Shown here: in pieces, positions 16,190 to 23,275 of the stretch | Layout of the letters: each line of letters opens with the position of its first letter | Position numbering within the stretch: position 1 is the stretch's first letter | Source: Candidatus Bathyarchaeia archaeon | GTDB taxonomy: Archaea; Thermoproteota; Bathyarchaeia; 40CM-2-53-6 | Reading direction: 5' to 3' | NCBI GenBank assembly: GCA_049517415.1 | Contig: JBEKSC010000032.1 | Span: 1 to 23,275 of the forward strand | Length of the DNA stretch: 23,275 bases | Position numbers and translations under genes: made by a program | Notes under the pieces: generated by a model | Seen by the model: the letters and a program-made list of their open reading frames with translations, nothing else | Database searches by the model: none | What the model was told of the DNA's origin: nothing

Positions 16190-17035
16190 TCAGATAGGGA
16201 CAGTGGGTTTCAATCTTGACGCGATTCGAACTACCACATTGAGTCCTAGAACGAGCATCAGTAGGATTAGGGCTGCGCCCCAGGCGAAGGCGTGGGCGCT
16301 AGGGTAGGGAGAGGTGCCGAACTCATAGATGAGCACTGTCATCGAAGCTGCGGGGTCGAAAATACTAGTCATCAACCATTGGTTGCCTAAAGCAGTGAAA
16401 AGCAAGGGCGCAGTTTCACCCATAATTCGAGCTACAGATAGGGCAATGCCCGTTATGATTCCACTCTTGGCGCTGGAAACGAGTATGTAGACGAGCGTCT
16501 TTGATCTCGATATGCCAAGTGCCAAACCGCCCTCCTTTATTGATGAGGGCACAAGCTTCAGAGACTCGTGAGTAGAGATCGCCACTATGGGTATCATCAT
16601 GAAGCTTAGCGCGATTCCTCCAGCGAGCGCCGAAAACCTATGTAGAGTGGCGACAACTACAACATAGACGACGATTCCTGTCACGATTGACGGAACCCCT
16701 GTGAGTACCTCTGCCACCAGCCTAAGATTGTTGGCGATTCTGCCCGGGTATTCTGACAGGTATGCGCCGGCGAAGAGTCCTATGGGAACACCGATTAGGG
16801 AAGCGATCCCTACCATCACCACGCTTCCCTCAATGGCATTCAGGATGCCTCCACCACTTCCTCCGATAGGGGGAGTAATTTCAGTGAGAAAGCCACGGTT
16901 CAGTACAGTATATCCTTCTGCGATTGTTTGATAGAGAATTGAACCGAGAGGAATTAACGCAAGTAAGAAGGCGAGGGTGGCTAGGACAATGAATAGCCTA
17001 TTGCTGAATCGGCGCATCCTCATCGAGCTAAACAT
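16190..17035 (-). CDS. pstA: Phosphate ABC transporter permease PstA
   Basis: GGILNAIEGS, YLSEY, GVPSIVTGI and ARIMGETAPLLFT motifs. The ATG at 17035 overlaps the pstC stop. Confidence 0.95.
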   Translation of the reverse strand: MFSSMRMRRFSNRLFIVLATLAFLLALIPLGSILYQTIAEGYTVLNRGFLTEITPPIGGSGGGILNAIEGSVVMVGIASLIGVPIGLFAGAYLSEYPGRIANNLRLVAEVLTGVPSIVTGIVVYVVVVATLHRFSALAGGIALSFMMIPIVAISTHESLKLVPSSIKEGGLALGISRSKTLVYILVSSAKSGIITGIALSVARIMGETAPLLFTALGNQWLMTSIFDPAASMTVLIYEFGTSPYPSAHAFAWGAALILLMLVLGLNVVVRIASRLKPTVPI

Positions 17036-18002
17036 GCGCGGAGGCCCCACCGTGAAAAGTTAGCTTCGAAATTAGAACCCTGCCGATGAGATTCATCAGA
17101 AAAGCAATTGCGAAGAGAATTAGACCAAGTTCGAAGAGTGCGGCTAGGTAAATGTTGTTTCCCGCCACTTCAGTGAACTCGTTCGCGATCACACTTGGAA
17201 TGGTCTCAGAGGGAAGGAACAGTGAAGGGGATATTCTTGCGACGTTACCTATGACCATTGTGACGGCCATAGTTTCTCCGATGGCCCTGCCCATAGCAAG
17301 GACGATGGCCGCAATTATGCCAGTGCTGGCATAGGGAATTACGGCCATCCGTATGGTCTCCAACTGGGTTCCCCCTAAAGCTACGCACGCCTCTCGCTGG
17401 CTGCGAGGGACTGCAGCAATGACTTCCCGCATAACTGCTGCTCCATATGGTATAATCATGATAGCTAGAATGACGCCGGCGGTAAACATGCCCAGGCCAT
17501 TTGTTTCACCCTCGAAAAGGGGAATGAAACTCAGTGAACCTATGAGTCCCGGATCGATGTAAGCGCTCATGAAGGGAACTAGGAACAGAATTCCCCAGAG
17601 GCCGTACACTACACTCGGTACGGCCGCAAGAAGTTCGACTAGGAAAATCGAGGGAAGTCGGAGTCTTCCGGGGGCCAACTCCGATTGAAACAGGGCGATA
17701 CCCAAGCTGATTGGAACTGCGAAGATTAGGGAAATCAGTGTTGTGACCACAGATCCGTAGATCGCGGGGAGTGCTCCCAAAATCGGAGGTCCACCGTTGG
17801 GTGGGTTGGGCACCCAAGCTGTGCCAGTTAGGAACCCGAACCCGAATGCTTGAATTGAGTCTAGGCTCCCATTGTAAAGCGCATAGAGGCTAAGCGCGGC
17901 GATAACTGGAACCGCGAACGCAGCTATGATCAAAATGGTGTGCAAAAAATCGTGGTGCCGTGCTCGTTGTCGAGCACGGGTTTTTTCAATCTGTATTTGC
18001 AT
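17028..18002 (-). CDS. pstC: Phosphate ABC transporter permease PstC
   Basis: ELLAAVPSVVYGLWG, GRAIGETMAVTMVIGN and IANEFTE motifs. Confidence 0.96.
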   Translation of the reverse strand: MQIQIEKTRARQRARHHDFLHTILIIAAFAVPVIAALSLYALYNGSLDSIQAFGFGFLTGTAWVPNPPNGGPPILGALPAIYGSVVTTLISLIFAVPISLGIALFQSELAPGRLRLPSIFLVELLAAVPSVVYGLWGILFLVPFMSAYIDPGLIGSLSFIPLFEGETNGLGMFTAGVILAIMIIPYGAAVMREVIAAVPRSQREACVALGGTQLETIRMAVIPYASTGIIAAIVLAMGRAIGETMAVTMVIGNVARISPSLFLPSETIPSVIANEFTEVAGNNIYLAALFELGLILFAIAFLMNLIGRVLISKLTFHGGASAHV

Positions 18003-18018
18003 TGAAAGTCGCTATTGT

Positions 18019-19311
18019 CTATCCTGTCAGCAGTGGCGTTCCTTGGTAGTTTAGAGTCATCAGCAATTGTTCATCGGCCGCGACGACGTTTGCGGGTAGT
18101 GGCACGTAGATCAAGGCTGTTGAATATTGTTGTCCATCATGAATTGCCCACCAAAGGAAGTGGGCTAGCGCCTGTGCCTTCGCCAATGTTGTGCTAGGGT
18201 TTGCCGACATGTCCTTGTAGACGAGGATGTAGGTGTAGGTTGAGATCGGATAGGACTGTGCTCCTGCGGCGTTGACTATATGCAGTCGAAGATCCGCGGG
18301 ATTGGGAGTGCCGGTTGCGTTCTGAGCAGCCCAAAGGATCGTTTGAAGAGTTGGTACGACGAAATTGCCTGCCGCATTAATTACGGCACCTACTCCAAGA
18401 TGGTTACTGACAGCATAGATGACGTCCACGTAGCCTATCGCCCCCTTTGTATTCAGAACTGTCCCCGCAACGCCAGGGTTACCCTTCGCGCCAACGCCAT
18501 ACGCACCGAGTACGGTATCAACGGGCCATGTCACTGATGTGCTGTAACCGACTTGTGCGGCCCAGTTTGCATTGGTGACGGATAGGAAGTTCGTGAAAGC
18601 GAATGTAGTTCCGCTGCCATCGGATCTGTGAACGACGGTTATGAAGGCTGATGGTAATGGAACTCCGGGGTTGAGTGCTGTGAGGGCTGGGTCATTCCAT
18701 TTGGTTATAATCCCCATGTAGATGCCGGCTATGACTTGTGGTGTGAAGTGTAGTACCGTGGTGTTAGTGATGCCGAAAGCTGCCAGGTTGTATGTGATGG
18801 CTACGCCGCCGAGTGTCTCTGGGAAAAGAACCAAGCCGGAGGCGGCTTTCAATTGCGCATCACTGAGTGGAGCGTCTGATGCACCGAAGTCTACTGTCTT
18901 TAGCGTTATCTGTTGGATACCGCCGCCGCTACCGATGCCGCTGTAACTAATGGTCACCGCGGGGTACAACTTGTTGTACTGCACCGTCCAGGTTTGGATC
19001 AAGGGCTGGGGAAACGTTGCCCCAGCTCCTAGAATTGAGACGGGCGTAGTCGGCTGATATCCTGCCACTGAAGACGCCTGCGAGGCCATTGAGGACGTCA
19101 CCGAGGCCATCGAGGTCGCACTCATGGTCGCCGATGTCATTATTGACGTCCCGGATGACATCATGGACGTTTCAGAAGAGATCACGGATGTCGCTGACAT
19201 GCTCTGAGTACTGTTCATTGTAGTGAAATAGTATCCTCCTGCAACTGCCACCACGATGACGACAATAATAGCAACTATTCCGACATTACGTTTGGTATTC
19301 TTATTCGACAT
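18019..19311 (-). CDS. pstS: Phosphate ABC transporter substrate-binding protein PstS with N-terminal membrane anchor and Ser/Thr/Met linker
   Basis: GAGATFPQP, GSGGG, DFGASD, RSDGSGTT and YPISTYTY motifs. Start placed at MSNKNTKR (19311). Confidence 0.95.
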   Translation of the reverse strand: MSNKNTKRNVGIVAIIVVIVVAVAGGYYFTTMNSTQSMSATSVISSETSMMSSGTSIMTSATMSATSMASVTSSMASQASSVAGYQPTTPVSILGAGATFPQPLIQTWTVQYNKLYPAVTISYSGIGSGGGIQQITLKTVDFGASDAPLSDAQLKAASGLVLFPETLGGVAITYNLAAFGITNTTVLHFTPQVIAGIYMGIITKWNDPALTALNPGVPLPSAFITVVHRSDGSGTTFAFTNFLSVTNANWAAQVGYSTSVTWPVDTVLGAYGVGAKGNPGVAGTVLNTKGAIGYVDVIYAVSNHLGVGAVINAAGNFVVPTLQTILWAAQNATGTPNPADLRLHIVNAAGAQSYPISTYTYILVYKDMSANPSTTLAKAQALAHFLWWAIHDGQQYSTALIYVPLPANVVAADEQLLMTLNYQGTPLLTG

Positions 19312-19457
19312 ATGAATCAACGGGAAGGCGTGTAGACGCCAATTCTTATTTAGCGAAAACGCATTGTGAACATGTGTTTTCACTACCATCTATATGATGC
19401 ACATAACTCGCATTCAATTACTCAATCGTTACAGTAACAAATTGTCGGTAACTAAGT
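19312..19457. promoter_or_regulatory. Divergent pstS/pstB control region with short palindromes
   Basis: AT-rich 146-bp spacer containing GGCGT-n4-ACGCC, GTGAA-n8-TTCAC, CATC-TATAT-GATG and GTTAC-A-GTAAC. Confidence 0.5.
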
Positions 19458-20288
19458 ATGAGTTCAGAACTCTTAACGGAGTTGGGTAGGATACCTGAAG
19501 TTGAAAAGAGAGTGATCGATTTGTCCAACTTAAAGGAAAAAATGCTTGTAACCGGCCTAAGCGCTGGCTTCGGACGAAAAAAGGTCTTGGATGATTTATC
19601 GATTTCGTTTAAGGAAAATACAGTCACAGCAATAATCGGTCCGTCAGGATGTGGGAAGTCCACATTTATCCGATGCCTGAACAGAATGCATGAGGTCACC
19701 CCAGATGCATGGGCTGATGGCCACATAATTCTTGATGGCGAAGATATTCTCGCACCGTCCATGGATCCTGTCGTCGTCCGCCGAAGGATAGGGATGGTAT
19801 TCCAAAAGCCAAATCCATTCCCAACGATGTCAATATATGACAACGTCGCCGCAGGCCTTCGCCTTAATGGGGTTCACGACCGCAAGGTCATCGCAGAAAA
19901 GGTTGAGGAGAACCTCAAGAAATCATTCCTCTGGGACGAGATCGGTGACAGGATAAAGGAATCGGGTGCCAGCATCTCGGGCGGACAACAACAGAGGCTG
20001 TGCATTGCTCGCACGCTGGCTGTAGAACCTGAAGTCATCCTCATGGACGAGCCTTGCTCAGCACTTGACCCCATCGCAACAGCAAAGATCGAGGAACTCA
20101 TAACTAAACTGAAGGCCACCTACACCGTAATCGTTGTAACGCACAATATGCAGCAGGCAGCTCGGATCTCCGACCTTACCGGGTTCCTGTACTTAGGTAG
20201 GCTCATTGAATATGGGCCGACACCGGAAATATTCCAGAATCCTCACAACGAACTCACAGAGCGCTACATCAGTGGAAAGTTCGGGTGA
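19458..20288 (+). CDS. pstB: Phosphate ABC transporter ATP-binding protein PstB
   Basis: GPSGCGKST, FQKPNPFP, SGGQQQRLCIAR, MDEPCSALDP and YISGKFG motifs. Confidence 0.97.
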   Translation: MSSELLTELGRIPEVEKRVIDLSNLKEKMLVTGLSAGFGRKKVLDDLSISFKENTVTAIIGPSGCGKSTFIRCLNRMHEVTPDAWADGHIILDGEDILAPSMDPVVVRRRIGMVFQKPNPFPTMSIYDNVAAGLRLNGVHDRKVIAEKVEENLKKSFLWDEIGDRIKESGASISGGQQQRLCIARTLAVEPEVILMDEPCSALDPIATAKIEELITKLKATYTVIVVTHNMQQAARISDLTGFLYLGRLIEYGPTPEIFQNPHNELTERYISGKFG

Positions 20289-20294
20289 ACCTCA

Positions 20295-20921
20295 ATGCCG
20301 CGACTCATGGATATGGGAGAAGAAAGGCTCTCCAATGCAATCGCGGACATGGCAAACCTAGCTCAAGACACAGTGGTCAAAGCCATAGAAGCCTACGAAA
20401 AGGGGCAGAGGGCAACCGACGCCGCGCGTGAAAGAGCAACTCAACTATTGAAGTTAAGCGCAGAAGTTGAGGACCTCGGCGTCGACCTTTTGGCACGTTA
20501 TCAACCCGTGGCAACGGACTTACGCTTCATCAAATCCTGCCTTGAGATTGCGTACGGTTTTTCCAGATTCGGGAGATACGCCTACGACATCTCACTAGTT
20601 CTAGAGACCTACGGCGATTTGTCAACTTGTGACAAGTCTGTCATCCACGAGCTAAGCGAGAAGGTTACGAAGATGATTGAAATGAGCATCAAGTCGTTCA
20701 AGACAAGGGACACGGAACTCGCGCGTTCCCTACGCAAGGAAGACGATGAAGTTGATAAAGTGTACTTCAAGTACGCCGCCGCACTGGCCAACGATAAGAC
20801 CGTCACGGTGCGATGCGCTCTCGCATCTACCTTGGTGTTACGGTATCTGGAGAGAATTGCTGATCACGCCTGTTACATCGGAGACTCAGTTGTTTACATA
20901 GTGACTGGATCAAAGGCCTGA
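20295..20921 (+). CDS. phoU: Phosphate transport regulator PhoU
   Basis: ARYQPVATDLR, DDEVD and RYLERIADHACYI motifs. Confidence 0.93.
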   Translation: MPRLMDMGEERLSNAIADMANLAQDTVVKAIEAYEKGQRATDAARERATQLLKLSAEVEDLGVDLLARYQPVATDLRFIKSCLEIAYGFSRFGRYAYDISLVLETYGDLSTCDKSVIHELSEKVTKMIEMSIKSFKTRDTELARSLRKEDDEVDKVYFKYAAALANDKTVTVRCALASTLVLRYLERIADHACYIGDSVVYIVTGSKA

Positions 20922-20925
20922 GATC

Positions 20926-22044
20926 ATGAAAGAGACAGCGACGGATCCAAAGAAGGAGACAGCGGAAGAGCAACTTCCCCCTGAGGATCGCTACGTGCGA
21001 CGTGTACAGGTCACGGGCCGCGGGTCGTATATAGTGTCGCTGCCTAAGCCTTGGGTTCAGGAGGCGGGCCTTAGAAAGGGAGGCCGAGTTGAATTCAGTA
21101 AGCAGGAAAATTGGGGGCTCACTCTCACACCGTTCGGCAGCACAAGATACGACGACGAACGCGCCCGATGCAGCATGTCGCTTAACCCCAATGTTGACCC
21201 AGATGCTCTAACTAGAATGATAATCTCGCTCTACGTTGCGGGGTATTCGACAATTGAGATCAGGTCAAAGTCAGGAAACCTCTCCGCCTCCATTCGGGAT
21301 ACCATTCGCGATGTCGCAAGAGGCAAGCTAGTGGGCACGGAACTGGTTACTGAATCGGCCCAAAGCGCAACCCTGCAGGTGCTGTTAAGCTACCCGCAAT
21401 TGCTTGTACCCGACGCCCTGAGAAGAATGTTGTCAATTCTAAACGCCATGCAACAGGATTCCATGCAGGCCTTTTCAAGACTGGACAAAGAATTGGCAAA
21501 TCAGGTTGTCAAGATTGACGATGAGATCGACAGGTTCAGCCTGTACGTAATCAGGCAACTTAAGTGGGCCGTAAAACATCCCACAATGCTTTCAAGAATA
21601 GGTTTAGCCTCGCCGGTGGAATGTCTGGGCTACAGGATCATTAGTAAGAGCGTTGAGCGTTCTGCGGATCATGCTGCAAGGATCGGAGTGAGCGTTCAGC
21701 TGCTGCAGCAGCCTCCTGGGACAACCCTCTTCAAGGACGCCAACGCGCTAAGCCAACAATCGTCCAGAATGATGGAGACCTCAATGCGAGCTCTGTTCTC
21801 TAACGATTACAAACTTGCGGAGACCGTACTACTTGAAAGGGACAAGGTTACCGAGCTCGAATCGAAATTGGTTGAGAGGTTGCTTAAGGAGAAGATTCCA
21901 GCGGGCGACCTCACCGTGATGCGCTTAATTTCAGAAAGCCTGAGAAGAATCGGCGAGTACGCGACCGACGTCGCGGAAGTGGTCCTCAATTCGACTATTC
22001 AAAAAATGTTGGACCAACCGGATGGTATTGAGGCTGAACCATAG
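20926..22044 (+). CDS. Archaeal phosphate uptake regulator (AbrB/MazE DNA-binding domain plus PhoU domains)
   Basis: RRVQVTGRGSYIVSLPKPW (AbrB-like), DDEIDRF, ERSADHA and RRIGEYATDVAE motifs. Confidence 0.9.
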   Translation: MKETATDPKKETAEEQLPPEDRYVRRVQVTGRGSYIVSLPKPWVQEAGLRKGGRVEFSKQENWGLTLTPFGSTRYDDERARCSMSLNPNVDPDALTRMIISLYVAGYSTIEIRSKSGNLSASIRDTIRDVARGKLVGTELVTESAQSATLQVLLSYPQLLVPDALRRMLSILNAMQQDSMQAFSRLDKELANQVVKIDDEIDRFSLYVIRQLKWAVKHPTMLSRIGLASPVECLGYRIISKSVERSADHAARIGVSVQLLQQPPGTTLFKDANALSQQSSRMMETSMRALFSNDYKLAETVLLERDKVTELESKLVERLLKEKIPAGDLTVMRLISESLRRIGEYATDVAEVVLNSTIQKMLDQPDGIEAEP

Positions 22045-22059
22045 GGCGGATATTTCCAG

Positions 22060-22248
22060 CTAATCGGAAACCGAGACCACATGGATTCTGGGTCGAAAGA
22101 CAGCCCTGGCAGTGATGTTGGCCGCATAGCCTCCATGCAGGCCACAAAACTCTTCGCAGGACTCAGCGATCTCAACATCAGTGTAACCGAAACCGCAAAG
22201 CTCGCACACATAAATCATCCCATATCTGCTCTGTCTCCGCTCAACCAA
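22060..22248 (-). CDS. 62-aa Cys/His-rich microprotein
   Basis: TTG at 22248 with a GGTG RBS; MVERRQSRYGMIYVCELCGFGYTDVEIAESCEEFCGLH...; the tracked ORF's start at 22323 overlaps the upstream gene. Confidence 0.75.
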   Translation of the reverse strand: MVERRQSRYGMIYVCELCGFGYTDVEIAESCEEFCGLHGGYAANITARAVFRPRIHVVSVSD

Positions 22249-22265
22249 AGTGTTACACCAGGCCT

Positions 22266-22427
22266 TTAAACCGCGGCGAGCGGAACAAGGTCCTCCTTTA
22301 CGTAGAATCCCCTGAAACTGCAATTATCACATTTTGCTCCAAGCGGTGAATCGCCGTCATCATCATAGTATAGGTTGAGGCTTAAGAGACCACACTTCGG
22401 GCACTCGGCTCCGATCTCTTTCTCCAT
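22266..22427 (-). CDS. 53-aa zinc-ribbon microprotein (not in ORF track)
   Basis: MEKEIGAECPKCGLLSLNLYYDDDGDSPLGAKCDNCSFRGFYVKEDLVPLAAV*; CPxCG-x19-CxxC pattern; GGATGG upstream. Confidence 0.75.
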   Translation of the reverse strand: MEKEIGAECPKCGLLSLNLYYDDDGDSPLGAKCDNCSFRGFYVKEDLVPLAAV

Positions 22428-22456
22428 GGGACAACCATCCGATTGTGGAATTCTAC

Positions 22457-22537
22457 TTACTCCACGAACCAGGCGTCGCCTTCAGAGGGCGCAACTTCGG
22501 GGTCTGAGTTCGCGTGTTTTTTTCTTGTCCTTGTCAT
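22457..22537 (-). CDS. Possible 26-aa peptide
   Basis: MTRTRKKHANSDPEVAPSEGDAWFVE*, co-directional with the zinc-ribbon gene and ending 29 nt upstream of it. Confidence 0.25.
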   Translation of the reverse strand: MTRTRKKHANSDPEVAPSEGDAWFVE

Positions 22538-22637
22538 TTTTCGTCGGCGGTAAATTGATTATTCCGGGGATTTAGCAGGTTTCCTCGTGATTCATTGCAG
22601 TAACGTGTTTTCCTATACTTCATGGCACCGAGGACTG

Positions 22638-22754
22638 ATGTTGGAGGAAAGAGGACTGGTAATCCATGCGCAAGGCCTGAACATTTACCTCGACTACTCC
22701 GCGGAAGGCATCATCAATGGCACGCTTCACTTCGTCATTGAACCGCGCCGCTGA
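22638..22754 (+). CDS. Possible 38-aa microprotein or gene fragment
   Basis: GAGG upstream of the ATG; MLEERGLVIHAQGLNIYLDYSAEGIINGTLHFVIEPRR* has a beta-strand-like pattern. Confidence 0.35.
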   Translation: MLEERGLVIHAQGLNIYLDYSAEGIINGTLHFVIEPRR

Positions 22755-22796
22755 AGGAGCTGACAAAAACAGCATTTTAGGACTACAGTTGCCACA

Positions 22797-23054
22797 TTGA
22801 CCCCAGCTGTTTATTCGGACACATTTGCCCTCCTCGCATTAACCTGGTACGACCTCTGGCATCATTCCTAAAGCAACCAAAGATTGCTGGGCAAGCGTGT
22901 TAGCGGAGCTCACGCCCGGGAAATAACCCGCCAATACTACGTTGCCCCAGTCTCGTACACCATAGCCTTTCTGGTTGCCATCATTAGCGGAGTTGGGAGT
23001 GCAGTCGTAATTATTCTGGTCGCGGCTTAGCATGCTGTTCCTTTTTTCCAGTAA
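22797..23054 (+). pseudogene. Relic of the C-terminus of a TMEM175/DUF1211-like membrane protein
   Basis: One frame reads LTPAVYSDTFALLALTWYDLWHHS*SNQRLLGKRVSGAHAREITRQYYVAPVSYTIAFLVAIISGVGSAVVIILVAA*HAVPFFQ*, with stops at 22869 and 23028. The family call is recalled similarity. Confidence 0.55.
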
Positions 23055-23176
23055 TCACATTACTTCACATTACAGTACATGATATCATGTAACCCGGTGC
23101 TGGCTTTTCCGCGTTTCGACTGTTCATTTAATAAAGCACTGATCTGTTCTACCGAAATTTTGCGTAATGATTACGC
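23051..23176. promoter_or_regulatory. Operator-like palindromes upstream of a secreted protein gene
   Basis: Perfect 16-bp palindrome TACATGATATCATGTA (23076-23091); GTAAT-CAC-ATTAC (23051-23063); GCGTAAT-G-ATTACGC (23162-23176); TCACATTAC present twice. Confidence 0.5.
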
Positions 23177-23205
23177 GCATAACAGAATTAGGGAGAAAAT
23201 GAAAA

Positions 23206-23275
23206 TTGCATAAGAAATTAGCTGCAGCGCTAACAATCGCTATTTTCCTTATTAGCACGCTAGCAATTGTGAACC
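23206..23275 (+). CDS. N-terminus (signal peptide) of a secreted or surface protein, 3'-partial
   Basis: GGGAG upstream of the TTG start; MHKKLAAALTIAIFLISTLAIVN has a basic n-region and hydrophobic h-region. Confidence 0.7.
   Translation, partial: MHKKLAAALTIAIFLISTLAIVN

Noticed and set aside
19312..19389. PstS start at 19389
   Set aside because: It runs through the promoter spacer; MSNKNTKR followed by a TM helix at 19311 is a typical N-terminus.
22375..23033. Tracked ORFs 22375..22575 (+) and 22839..23033 (-)
   Set aside because: They lie on the opposite strand to the better-supported zinc-ribbon gene and TMEM175-like relic.
1..23275. CRISPR array, tRNA/rRNA, IS element, intein or defence system
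   Set aside because: No regularly spaced repeats, cloverleaf, transposase or integrase motifs, or oversize conserved proteins were seen by eye.

Overview
Archaeal chromosomal window of about 50% GC with frequent TTG/GTG starts. Gene content (TFEbeta/RPC34-like protein, Nop5, fibrillarin, Trm1, RNase HII) suggests a TACK-lineage archaeon, plausibly Bathyarchaeia (inference). From left to right: a partial HTH_10 regulator, UspA, a MOFRL glycerate kinase, a small Lys-rich disordered protein and a cystathionine gamma-lyase/synthase relic. Next is a conserved RNA-processing block (tRNA-binding protein, TFEbeta, RlmE, Trm1, THEP1 NTPase, RNase HII, DUF61, fibrillarin, Nop5). An accessory stretch follows (Thr/Ser dehydratase, GIY-YIG, PAS protein, a secreted Asn/Tyr/Cys-repeat protein, an amidohydrolase and several microproteins). 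The window ends with a divergently split phosphate locus (pstSCA versus pstB-phoU-AbrB/PhoU), a cluster of tiny Cys-rich ORFs, a TMEM175-like relic and the start of a secreted protein. I saw no CRISPR array, rRNA, tRNA, intein or transposase, and I cannot demonstrate a complete new multi-gene system. The best leads are Cys/Zn microproteins missed by the ORF track, the NCY-repeat secreted protein, the charge-blocked H1-like protein, three 3'-only gene relics, and two enzymes that seem to lack a canonical start codon. All family calls come from motif recognition, not from database searches.
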